Position numbers and translations under genes: made by a program. Below the pieces are notes generated by a model. It did not search any database, had not been told where the DNA came from, and worked only from the letters and a program-made list of their open reading frames with translations. From Candidatus Gottesmanbacteria bacterium RIFCSPLOWO2_01_FULL_42_22 (lineage in GTDB: Bacteria; Patescibacteriota; Microgenomatia; 2-02-FULL-39-11), in NCBI GenBank assembly GCA_001779315.1, contig MFJU01000006.1, positions 2,612 to 66,611 of the forward strand: a stretch of DNA of 64,000 nucleotides, in the 5' to 3' direction. Shown one piece after another: positions 29,621 to 37,741 of this stretch; positions within the stretch are counted from its first letter, which is position 1; the number at the start of each line of letters is the position of its first letter.

Positions 29621-30319
29621 ATGAATAAGACTTCCTTACCTGCCAAGCTCAGGACTGTTTTAGGCAGAAAAATCAAACAGCTGAGAAAACAGGGATTATT
29701 GCCTGCCAATATTTACGGCAAGAAAGTCAAGTCCCAGGCTGTTTCTGTTGACGCCAAAAAATTTGCAGAAGTTTTCTCCAAAGCCGGAGAGACAGGTTTA
29801 TTGGAATTGGAGCTTGATGGCAAAAAACTGCCGGTTCTCATACATAACGTTTCCTATCATCCGGTCACAAATCAGACATTACATGCCGATTTCTACGCGG
29901 TTGATCTGAAAGAAAAGGTAGAAGCCAACGTGCCTTTGCTGATTATTGGCGAATCACCTGCTGTCAAGGATAAAACCGGGGTGCTGTTGATAAATTTGGA
30001 TGAACTGCATGTGGAAGCCTTGCCCCAGGATTTACCAGAGAAAATAGAAGTGGATATTGCCAATTTAGTCAAGCTGGATGATGCAATTAAAGTAGCAGAT
30101 TTGCCGGTTTCCGACAAAATCAAAATCCTGACTGATCTTGAACTGGAAGTAGCTAAAATCGCCCCATTAGTAGTCAAAGAGAAAGTTGAAGAAGCCCCCA
30201 TAACTGTTGCTGTGGAAGGAGAAGAGGGAGAAGCAGCTGAAGCGGTTCCAGGTGAGGAAGCTAGTGTACCTGAAAAAGGAGATAAGAGTGAAAAACCGGA
30301 AAATCAGGCCAAGCAGTAA
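29621..30319 (+). CDS. rplY: 50S ribosomal protein L25 / general stress protein Ctc
   Basis: LRTVLGRKIKQLRKQGLLPANIYGK N-terminus typical of L25; acidic C-terminal extension. Start moved to 29621 because the track start at 29597 would include the promoter. Confidence 0.75.
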   Translation: MNKTSLPAKLRTVLGRKIKQLRKQGLLPANIYGKKVKSQAVSVDAKKFAEVFSKAGETGLLELELDGKKLPVLIHNVSYHPVTNQTLHADFYAVDLKEKVEANVPLLIIGESPAVKDKTGVLLINLDELHVEALPQDLPEKIEVDIANLVKLDDAIKVADLPVSDKIKILTDLELEVAKIAPLVVKEKVEEAPITVAVEGEEGEAAEAVPGEEASVPEKGDKSEKPENQAKQ

Positions 30320-30322
30320 TTA

Positions 30323-30730
30323 TTAATCTCTAAACCCGTTGTTTTCCTTCGGAATCAATCCCAAATAATAATCTCCCTGTTCTTTATTTCCAACCGAAAA
30401 TAGAAGCGATGATAATTTGTGATAGGCAAAAGTATAACCCTGGTAATTATTAATTAAATCGTACCAGTATGACATCTCTTTTTCTACCTCTTGCCGAAAA
30501 TTTTCATTGATCGTTTGCGCGCCCAGGTAATTTTCTTCCGGTTTTCTCTCCGTAGATTTTTTTGCCGGATCCTTATTTTCAGATACGGGATTTGAATAAA
30601 AATTCATCACATTTAAAAAAAACGTTAAAGTGACTATCAGCCAAAGAAATGACTTTAGTAAGGAAAGGCCTACCCATGAGGGAATTATTCGGGAAATCTG
30701 CGGGAAAATTAAGATTTCTTTGTTGAACAT
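30323..30730 (-). CDS. Hypothetical membrane-anchored protein
   Basis: 135 aa with an N-terminal TM helix; no motif. Confidence 0.3.
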   Translation of the reverse strand: MFNKEILIFPQISRIIPSWVGLSLLKSFLWLIVTLTFFLNVMNFYSNPVSENKDPAKKSTERKPEENYLGAQTINENFRQEVEKEMSYWYDLINNYQGYTFAYHKLSSLLFSVGNKEQGDYYLGLIPKENNGFRD

Positions 30731-30800
30731 CTTTATTAATTAAGATTAGCCAATAAATTCTAAATTAGCAATAAGTTCAAGTCTTGACTCTCCGTTTAAT

Positions 30801-31358
30801 TTGCTTCACAATATGATCAGAAACATGTTCTGCCGCATGCCTAAAATATTAATTGCCTTATTATTAATTCAGATTTTAATTCAGCCCGTCCAGGCCCAGA
30901 GGGTCAGGCAATTAAACGAGGCAACCTCTCCCGGAGTAAAACGCAACCAACTGCAGCTCTTATCTCCCGAATCCAAAGCCAATCTGATTTTCCGGATTCT
31001 GGAGAAAAGATTAGTTTCGCTCGCCAAAAGGGTAAAGAAACTCAATGCTAGGGTACAACGCTCAATTGACAGACTTGAAGCATCTGAGGCAAATGTAACT
31101 AAATTTAACAATGATCTGAAGACTCTCAATGCCCAATTGACGGAGATAGAAGCGGATATTGATCAGGTTAAAACTGATTGGGAGGCTTATTTAAACTCGC
31201 CAGATAAGGTTAAATACAGTGCGGTAAGAACGCAGCTTAACAAAATGGTAGAAAAAATGAAAAATATCATTGCCGCTGAAAAAAAATTACTGCAGCAGCT
31301 GAAAAGATATGCCCTTAAGGAGGCTAAGGAAAATACAGCCAGCCCATCGGCTTTATAA
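30801..31358 (+). CDS. Hypothetical secreted coiled-coil protein
   Basis: Signal-peptide-like N-terminus (ILIALLLIQILIQPVQA), then a heptad-rich helical region; 185 aa. Confidence 0.35.
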   Translation: MLHNMIRNMFCRMPKILIALLLIQILIQPVQAQRVRQLNEATSPGVKRNQLQLLSPESKANLIFRILEKRLVSLAKRVKKLNARVQRSIDRLEASEANVTKFNNDLKTLNAQLTEIEADIDQVKTDWEAYLNSPDKVKYSAVRTQLNKMVEKMKNIIAAEKKLLQQLKRYALKEAKENTASPSAL

Positions 31359-31370
31359 TTTATAAGATAT

Positions 31371-31901
31371 ATGGACAATCAAAATAAAAATTTACCGAAT
31401 AATCAGCCGGGACCGGTGCCAGCAGCTTCGGAAGGGCCATCTCCGACGCCGGTAATTCCTTCCGTACAGTCTGCTAGTGCAATACCGTCAACTTCGCCTG
31501 TACAGCCACCGCCCGTACAACCGTCTCCAGCAGAGAATAAAGTCAATGTAGTCATGCCGGAAAAACCAAATTCCGTACCGAAATGGTTCTACCTGTTTTT
31601 TATCCTGGTTATCCTGATTTTTCTTGGTGTAAGCGGTTTATTGATTTCTACCATAATCAAAAAAAACCAATCGGATAAAATATTACCGGAAGTTCAGATT
31701 TCTCCCGAAGTTTCGCTTAATCAAAGTCAAACAGCGACCGTGACTGCCATTCCCACCGAGTCTGATGCCGGCGCACTATTTTATGAGAAACAATCTGATT
31801 CAGATTTACCAGCGGAAATTGAAGCGGATCTTAATCAAACCGATACCGTTTATGTTGAAGAAGCCATAAGTGAATTGGATACAGAAGTTAATCCCCCCTG
31901 A
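31371..31901 (+). CDS. Hypothetical Pro-rich single-pass membrane protein
   Basis: P/S/Q-rich N-terminus, one TM helix (WFYLFFILVILIFLGVSGLLI), acidic C-terminus; 176 aa. Confidence 0.35.
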   Translation: MDNQNKNLPNNQPGPVPAASEGPSPTPVIPSVQSASAIPSTSPVQPPPVQPSPAENKVNVVMPEKPNSVPKWFYLFFILVILIFLGVSGLLISTIIKKNQSDKILPEVQISPEVSLNQSQTATVTAIPTESDAGALFYEKQSDSDLPAEIEADLNQTDTVYVEEAISELDTEVNPP

Positions 31902-31903
31902 AA

Positions 31904-32227
31904 TTATTTTTGCTTTCCTTTTCCAATTAAAAATAATCCGCCGGAAAGACCTAGGAAACTCAACAGATAAACAGCATTACCCGGTCCCGTGGATGGGATT
32001 TCACCTTTTTGAGTACTGGAACCTACGTTTTTTTCTATTGGTAGGTCAGTCGGTTTAATTTTAGCTGCTATAGGTGTCAGTGTCGGTTTGGCTTGAGCTA
32101 TTTTTGTGCTGACCCTGTTTTTTAGGGAATCAAAAAGCCTGCCTCTGTTCAGGATGACCGTAATTACCAGTATTATTACCAAAAAAGCTAAAATTAATCT
32201 TGTCGAGGTCATTCTAGAGCGGCCCAT
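31904..32227 (-). CDS. Small secreted protein with a C-terminal cell-wall-sorting-signal-like tail
   Basis: N-terminal TM/signal peptide; C-terminus IPSTGPGN + hydrophobic stretch (AVYLLSFLGLSGGLFLI) + basic tail GKGKQK, resembling an LPxTG-type tripartite sorting signal; 107 aa. Confidence 0.3.
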   Translation of the reverse strand: MGRSRMTSTRLILAFLVIILVITVILNRGRLFDSLKNRVSTKIAQAKPTLTPIAAKIKPTDLPIEKNVGSSTQKGEIPSTGPGNAVYLLSFLGLSGGLFLIGKGKQK

Positions 32228-32305
32228 AATATCGCATCTTTAATGCGGTTTGTCAAGTGAGTTAACTTATAAAATGAGTATTTCTGTGGTACAATCCATG
32301 GGCAG

Positions 32306-32812
32306 TTGAAAATGACAGGTAACGGCATATATCAGCAAAACAATTTTTACAGTCCGACATACGGATCCATGACTTTAACGCATTTACGCCGGAAAGCCTT
32401 GGATTTTATGGAACAGGAACCCGGCTATAGGTATAATCTCATCATTGGGACCGACTCCCAACCGAAAAACGGTCATGGTGTTGATTTTGTGACGGCGGTG
32501 GTGATTCACCGGGTAGGTTTCGGCGGCATTTATTTTTGGAAAAGAATTATTGATGGAAAAAAATATGTCTTAAAAACCAGGATCTACCAGGAAGCAGCCT
32601 TATCTTTAACCTGTGCCCAGGAAATTTTGGAGGTACTTAAAAATGACGGCTATACAAAGTATGACATTGAGATTCATGTGGATATCGGCAGTAACGGCGA
32701 GACTAAAGAAATGATCAATGAAGTTGTAGGGATGATCCGGGGGAGCGGTTTTCCGGTCAAAACAAAACCCCTTTCCTATGGAGCGTCCAAAGTTGCCGAC
32801 AGACATACATAA
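32306..32812 (+). CDS. RNase H-like YkuK/DUF458 family protein
   Basis: YNLIIGTDSQ...DFVTAVVIHRVGFGG and C-terminal SYGASKVADRHT mirror B. subtilis YkuK (GTDSQ...FVTAVVLHR...ADRYTK). Confidence 0.55.
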   Translation: MKMTGNGIYQQNNFYSPTYGSMTLTHLRRKALDFMEQEPGYRYNLIIGTDSQPKNGHGVDFVTAVVIHRVGFGGIYFWKRIIDGKKYVLKTRIYQEAALSLTCAQEILEVLKNDGYTKYDIEIHVDIGSNGETKEMINEVVGMIRGSGFPVKTKPLSYGASKVADRHT

Positions 32813-33657
32813 TGGACAGGGAACGCTTAACCATTACTCTTAAAAAATCAATTCTTGAAAAAGTCGATCATATTATTGACGGCAGTCAGATCCGCAACCG
32901 CTCTCACGCCATTGAAACCCTGATTAGTAGAAGCCTCAATCCGACTATTGACAAGGCTGTCATTTTAGCCGGAGGCAGAGGCATTAATATGAGGCCTTTT
33001 ACTTTTGAGATGCCCAAAGGCCTTTTCCCGGTAGGCGGTAAACCCATTCTGGAACAGTTGATTGAACTTTTGAGAAAGTATGAAATCAGAAATATTCTTT
33101 TTTCCATAGGCCACCTGGGAGAAAAAATAGAGGAGTATTTCGGCGACGGCCGGAAATTCGGGGTCAATATTGAATATATTAAAGAGAAAGAAGAGGCGGG
33201 AACAGGCGGAGCTTTGGTGCTGGCTAAAAAATACTTAAACAACGATTCATTCCTGGTAGTTCACGGCGATATTCTGATCGATATCAACCTCAACGACATG
33301 ATAGCTTTCCATAAAAATAATGAAGCATTAGGCACAATAGCAGTGACGACTGTTCTTGACCCTTCTTCATACGGAGAGATAATCATGAATGGCACCAAAA
33401 TCACCCAATTTATCGAAAAACCGCAAAAAGGCAAGCAGAAATCCCAATTGATAAGCTGCGGTTTATATATTCTGGAAAAGGGCATTTTTTCTTATCTGCC
33501 GAAAAAAGGCCCCTCTCAGCTGGAAGATATTTTTGCCAAACTGGCTTCAACCGCCCAATTATCCGCTTTTCCTTTCAGCGGCCGCTTCTTGGATATCGGT
33601 ACGCCTAAATCCTATGAAAAAGCCATTAAAGAGTGGGGAAGTGTTAAAGCAGCGTAG
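32812..33657 (+). CDS. Ribbon-helix-helix (CopG-like) domain fused to a sugar-phosphate nucleotidyltransferase domain
   Basis: N-terminus RLTITLKKSILEKVDHII... (RHH beta-strand and helices), then ILAGGRGINMRPFTFEMPKGLFPVGGKPIL (NTP_transferase G-x-G-x-R motif); 281 aa. Confidence 0.5.
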   Translation: MDRERLTITLKKSILEKVDHIIDGSQIRNRSHAIETLISRSLNPTIDKAVILAGGRGINMRPFTFEMPKGLFPVGGKPILEQLIELLRKYEIRNILFSIGHLGEKIEEYFGDGRKFGVNIEYIKEKEEAGTGGALVLAKKYLNNDSFLVVHGDILIDINLNDMIAFHKNNEALGTIAVTTVLDPSSYGEIIMNGTKITQFIEKPQKGKQKSQLISCGLYILEKGIFSYLPKKGPSQLEDIFAKLASTAQLSAFPFSGRFLDIGTPKSYEKAIKEWGSVKAA

Positions 33658-33994
33658 GCAGTATTAATTTTATCGCCCCGCCAAAGCCGTCCGACATACC
33701 TAAAAACTGCAGAAGAACAATAAAGATAGCCCAGGAGGCAAAGACGATGACCAAACCCATAACGGCATGCAGTATTTTCTGCTGTGCTGTCTCCAGCTTG
33801 CCCTTGTCTCCTCCTGAGGAGATCCAGTTGAAAGCTCCCAAAAGCAGATTGACAAAAGCCCAGATAGTCGCTGCCACCAACAGAAGACCGATGAAGCCGG
33901 AAACAAATTTGCCGAGAATTTGCGGAGCTTTTTCCGGATCTTTTAATGAAGGAACGGCCGGATTGACGATTTGAGCTAGAAGTTCCCTTTTCAT
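33644..33994 (-). CDS. T4SS-pilin-like small two-TM protein (paralog 1 of 4)
   Basis: 116 aa; TM1-AGFNWISSGGDKGK-loop-TM2 architecture shared with the next three ORFs. Confidence 0.5.
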   Translation of the reverse strand: MKRELLAQIVNPAVPSLKDPEKAPQILGKFVSGFIGLLLVAATIWAFVNLLLGAFNWISSGGDKGKLETAQQKILHAVMGLVIVFASWAIFIVLLQFLGMSDGFGGAIKLILPTLL

Positions 33995-33997
33995 GTT

Positions 33998-34393
33998 TTA
34001 TTTTATTTTTAAATTCTGCAGCATGGCTCCCGGATCAAGAATATTTATGCCCAGCACTTTTCCGATTAAGGCTACAAAAACCCAGGCAAAGATGACAATA
34101 ACCAACCCGATTACGGCATTAGTCATTTTCTGCCTGGCGGCTTGAGTGTTATTTTTGTCACCTCCGGCGCTGATCCAGTTGAAGCCGGCAATTATAAATT
34201 GGATCATGAACCAGATAGCAGCTACAATGGTCAGAAAGCCCAATACTGTACTGAGGATTTTATTAAGTATGTTGCCGGTTTCCTGAGCGGTATCTGCCTG
34301 TCCGCTGCAGAGAAGTTTGGCAATCGGTCCCAGACCTTCGCCGCCGCCGATACAATCGTCAGCCCGGACAACTTCAGGAAAAAAAAAATTCAT
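33998..34393 (-). CDS. T4SS-pilin-like small two-TM protein (paralog 2 of 4)
   Basis: 131 aa; IIAGFNWISAGGDKNNTQAARQKMTNAVIGLVIV, conserved with paralog 1. Confidence 0.5.
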   Translation of the reverse strand: MNFFFPEVVRADDCIGGGEGLGPIAKLLCSGQADTAQETGNILNKILSTVLGFLTIVAAIWFMIQFIIAGFNWISAGGDKNNTQAARQKMTNAVIGLVIVIFAWVFVALIGKVLGINILDPGAMLQNLKIK

Positions 34394-34743
34394 GGTGCGA
34401 TTTTTAACTGCGGTTTCAGTAATGCTGTCGGGCCGTCAAAAAAGATGATGCCGATAATGGCAGCGATGAGGAATGAGGCCACCATGATTAAAAGTCCGAT
34501 AAATGACCAGTAAATTTTCGCCCAGGCAGAAGAGACTTTTTTGGGATCGCCGCCGGCTGCGATGAAGCCTATGCCGGCAATGACGATATTAAACAAAGCC
34601 CAGATGCCTCCGACAATCAGCAAAAGACGCAGAAAGGTATTCAAAAGGACTGTAATTCCGACAAATTTGCCCGTCGGATCGATGGCCTGAGGCAAGCCTT
34701 CCGGTGGTGTCACTTTACCGATAATATCTAACGGGTCAGCCAT
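34390..34743 (-). CDS. T4SS-pilin-like small two-TM protein (paralog 3 of 4)
   Basis: 117 aa; IAGIGFIAAGGDPKKVSSAWAKIYWSFIGLLIMV, conserved with paralogs 1 and 2. Confidence 0.45.
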   Translation of the reverse strand: MADPLDIIGKVTPPEGLPQAIDPTGKFVGITVLLNTFLRLLLIVGGIWALFNIVIAGIGFIAAGGDPKKVSSAWAKIYWSFIGLLIMVASFLIAAIIGIIFFDGPTALLKPQLKIAP

Positions 34744-35051
34744 TAAAATAATCCTTTCATGGAATTAAAGGAAACATAATTAATGATCTGCAGTATCCAG
34801 TATGAGGCAAAAATCAGGATAAGGCCGATCACAGAATAGGTTAAAAATGATTTTGCCCTTTCCGCTCCCTGGGGATCTCCCGAATTGCCCGAAGACACCA
34901 CGGCAAAACCGGCGATAAAAACTAAAATAAAAAAAATGACACCGGCGATAAGCAGGATGTTCGGTAAAAACGAGGATACCAATGAGGCTAATGTGGGAAA
35001 GTTTAAAGCAGGAGCATATTTATCTTCTATTCTGACCTGGGCAAGCTGCAT
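34743..35051 (-). CDS. T4SS-pilin-like small two-TM protein (paralog 4 of 4, more divergent)
   Basis: 102 aa; FIAGFAVVSSGNSGDPQGAERAKSFLTYSVIGLILI, same architecture. Confidence 0.4.
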   Translation of the reverse strand: MQLAQVRIEDKYAPALNFPTLASLVSSFLPNILLIAGVIFFILVFIAGFAVVSSGNSGDPQGAERAKSFLTYSVIGLILIFASYWILQIINYVSFNSMKGLF

Positions 35052-35080
35052 AATTTAAGTTTAAGAGCATGAATTGTCTT

Positions 35081-35109
35081 TTGTCAAATGGGGAAACAGG
35101 AATTATAAT
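35081..35109 (+). promoter_or_regulatory. Sigma-70-type promoter (-35 TTGTCA 35081-35086, 17-nt spacer, -10 TATAAT 35104-35109) upstream of the ECF sigma gene
   Basis: Consensus -10 with 5/6 -35 at ideal spacing, about 45 nt upstream of ATG 35156. Confidence 0.5.
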
Positions 35110-35155
35110 AAGCGGATACAAAGGATTTGCGACAATTTTGCCGACTAACTTGGTA

Positions 35156-35719
35156 ATGAAAAAGAAGACAGACAGACAGGCTGAAAAAGTGCTGGTTAAC
35201 CGTATCCTGACAGGGGATGAGGCTGCCCTGAACAGTTTTTATAAGAAATACTATCCGTCCCTTTATACTTTTATCAGTAAAAAAATAAACAGCCGGGAAG
35301 ATATTGAAGAAATCCTGCATGATTCTTTCCTGGCGACGATTGAGGCTTTGAGGGATTTTTCCTTTAAATGCTCACTTTTTACTTTTATTTGCTCAATTGC
35401 CAATCATAAAGTCATTGATTTCTACCGCCGTAAAAAAATCAAAAAGATTGTTTTTTCCAAATTTGAAAGCATTGAGCCTTTATTATCATCCATTTTCGGT
35501 CCGGAAGAAATTTTGGATGAGGAAATCCTCAAGGAAAATATTAAAACTACTTTTAAAAAACTGGCCCCGTCGTATGAAAAAATTCTGAAACTAAAGTACG
35601 TTCACGGCTTTTCCGTTTCGGAAATAGCCGGGAAACTGAATATTACTTTCAAAAGTGCTGAAAGCCAGTTATTCCGTGCCAGAAAAGCTTTTGTTTCCGT
35701 TTATTCTTATGGATCATGA
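35156..35719 (+). CDS. ECF-type RNA polymerase sigma-70 family factor
   Basis: Region-2-like FYKKYYPSLYTFI...DSFLATIEAL and region-4 HTH VHGFSVSEIAGKLNITFKSAESQLFRARKAF. Start moved downstream of the promoter (track start 35069). Confidence 0.6.
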   Translation: MKKKTDRQAEKVLVNRILTGDEAALNSFYKKYYPSLYTFISKKINSREDIEEILHDSFLATIEALRDFSFKCSLFTFICSIANHKVIDFYRRKKIKKIVFSKFESIEPLLSSIFGPEEILDEEILKENIKTTFKKLAPSYEKILKLKYVHGFSVSEIAGKLNITFKSAESQLFRARKAFVSVYSYGS

Positions 35720-35951
35720 CAGAATTTACCGGTCGTTGGTGGCTAAAATGCAGGAGATGGCGGTGGTACCGCCGCAAAGGCTGGGATTGCTTACCCCTTT
35801 CTATAAAAAAGTCGTGCCCGTTTTTAAAACCTCTCCCTTAAAAAGCCTTTTGTTTTTATCAGTGGCCGCTACATTTAGCGCTTTTATACTGTTCGGCTCA
35901 AGGTTGGTCAAACTGGCTTCTATTTTGCAGGCCGGAGCCTTCCATCCATGA
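35709..35951 (+). CDS. Putative anti-sigma factor (short, single TM)
   Basis: ATG 35709 overlaps the sigma stop by 11 nt; 80 aa with a C-terminal TM helix (SLLFLSVAATFSAFILFG). Position and architecture fit an ECF anti-sigma; no sequence motif. Confidence 0.35.
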   Translation: MDHDRIYRSLVAKMQEMAVVPPQRLGLLTPFYKKVVPVFKTSPLKSLLFLSVAATFSAFILFGSRLVKLASILQAGAFHP

Positions 35952-36568
35952 ACTATTTGTACGGCTTGGTCATTTTTATCCGCAATACAATCGGCATAAT
36001 CCGTAATCCGTATTCAACATACAGAAAAATTGCCACTTCGGAAAACTCAAATTTAAACCAGACTTTCTGTCTTTATCTTTTGGTGGTTGCCTATTTTCTG
36101 TTAACCTCCTTAATCAGGATAGGACTGAAAAACCCGTATCTTCTAACCGTCAAATTTAATCTTCTGACAATCGGTAGCGCTTCAGGTTTTTTGCTGATGA
36201 TATTTTTGTTTTATGCTTTGGGCAAGCTTTGGCAGGTACCCTCATTCAAGCTCGACAGGGTAATTGTTCTTTGGACATATTCACTCTGGCCGACTTTATT
36301 ATGGTTTACGGTAACTGCGCTTTTGTACCGTTTAGTACCCCCGCCCAGAACATGGACACTTTCCGGCGGCTCTTTAAGCATAGTTTTTATAACCTATTCG
36401 CTGACATTGCTTTTTTGGAAGCTGATACTGTTTTATTTAACATTGCGTTTTGCCCTCAAGCTGGATTTATTTAAAGGCATTATTTCCGTCTTTCTGATTG
36501 TACCGCCGGTGGCAATTTACAGCCTCATCTGTTATAAAATGGGGATTTTCAGGATACCCTTTATATAA
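35948..36568 (+). CDS. Hypothetical polytopic membrane protein
   Basis: 206 aa, about 5 TM segments; 4-nt overlap with the preceding ORF. Confidence 0.35.
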   Translation: MNYLYGLVIFIRNTIGIIRNPYSTYRKIATSENSNLNQTFCLYLLVVAYFLLTSLIRIGLKNPYLLTVKFNLLTIGSASGFLLMIFLFYALGKLWQVPSFKLDRVIVLWTYSLWPTLLWFTVTALLYRLVPPPRTWTLSGGSLSIVFITYSLTLLFWKLILFYLTLRFALKLDLFKGIISVFLIVPPVAIYSLICYKMGIFRIPFI

Positions 36569-36574
36569 TTAATA

Positions 36575-37723
36575 ATGTTTCGCCGATTTAAAAATATTGA
36601 AAGCCGCAGGGGATTTTTTGAGAAAAAAATTAAGCAGCCTCTGTCTGTCTTCAGTTTTTATCCTCCGGGCCTTTCAGAAGCCGAAAAAAGAAACTGCGAG
36701 AATATGATTGGCGCTGTCCAGGTTCCCCTGGGTGTGGCCGGGCCGTTACGGATTAAACGGGCCAAATCCTTTCATGATTATTATCTGCCGCTGGCGACCA
36801 CCGAAGGCGCACTTGTCGCATCTGTGGCGCGCGGCTGTAAAATTATCACGGCTTGCGGAGGTGCTTCTGTATTGACGGAAAATAAAGGCATAACCCGCGG
36901 CAGCGTTTTTATAACCGGCGGTATTTTAGAGAGCCGAAAACTCTCCGATTGGCTGGAAAGACATCTTGAAGAATTTAAATCAGTTGCTTCAGAAACCTCA
37001 GCCCACCTGGAATTGAGCCAAATCTTTAAACGCTATTTCGGTAACAGGCTATTTATCCGCTTTACCTTTGACAGCCAGGACGCCATGGGTATGAATATGG
37101 CGACAATTGCCTCAGAAAAAATCGCCGCAGTGATAACAGCTAAAACCGGTTTTAAATGTCTGGCTATTGCCGCCAATTTTGATACGGACAAGAAGCCTTC
37201 CTATTTGAATTTTATTTTAGGACGGGGAAGGGCAGTTTGGGCGGAGATTGAGCTTGAAGAAAAACTGGTAATGCAAATTCTTAAAACAACGCCTGCCCTT
37301 ATTCATGAAGTAAATATTGAGAAAAACCTTCACGGCAGCATATTGAGTGGTTCTTTGGGATTCAATGCACACTTTGCCAATATCTTAGCTGCCATTTTTT
37401 TGGCCACCGGCCAGGATATTGCCCATGTCAGCGAAGGAAATCTGGGTATAACTTCGACCAAAATCATTAATAAAAGCCTGACGGTCAGTGTCTATCTGCC
37501 GGATTTGCCCATCGGTACCGTCGGCGGAGGGACTTATCTTCCCTCCCAGAGGGCGGCGTTACAAATAATGGGTGTAAATGGCGGAGGGAGAGGTAAAAAA
37601 GCGGCAGAATTAGCTGAAATTATCGGCGGCGCCGTTCTTGCCGGGGAAATATCTTTGTTGGCAGCCATTGCTTCCGGTACCTTAGGTTCGTCGCACCAAC
37701 GTCTGGCCAGAAGCGGCAGGTAA
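36575..37723 (+). CDS. hmgA: 3-hydroxy-3-methylglutaryl-CoA reductase (class I-like)
   Basis: ENMIGAVQVPLG, TTEGALVAS, DAMGMNM, GTVGGG motifs; 382 aa. Confidence 0.8.
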   Translation: MFRRFKNIESRRGFFEKKIKQPLSVFSFYPPGLSEAEKRNCENMIGAVQVPLGVAGPLRIKRAKSFHDYYLPLATTEGALVASVARGCKIITACGGASVLTENKGITRGSVFITGGILESRKLSDWLERHLEEFKSVASETSAHLELSQIFKRYFGNRLFIRFTFDSQDAMGMNMATIASEKIAAVITAKTGFKCLAIAANFDTDKKPSYLNFILGRGRAVWAEIELEEKLVMQILKTTPALIHEVNIEKNLHGSILSGSLGFNAHFANILAAIFLATGQDIAHVSEGNLGITSTKIINKSLTVSVYLPDLPIGTVGGGTYLPSQRAALQIMGVNGGGRGKKAAELAEIIGGAVLAGEISLLAAIASGTLGSSHQRLARSGR

Positions 37724-37741
37724 AAAAGTTAAGGAATTACG

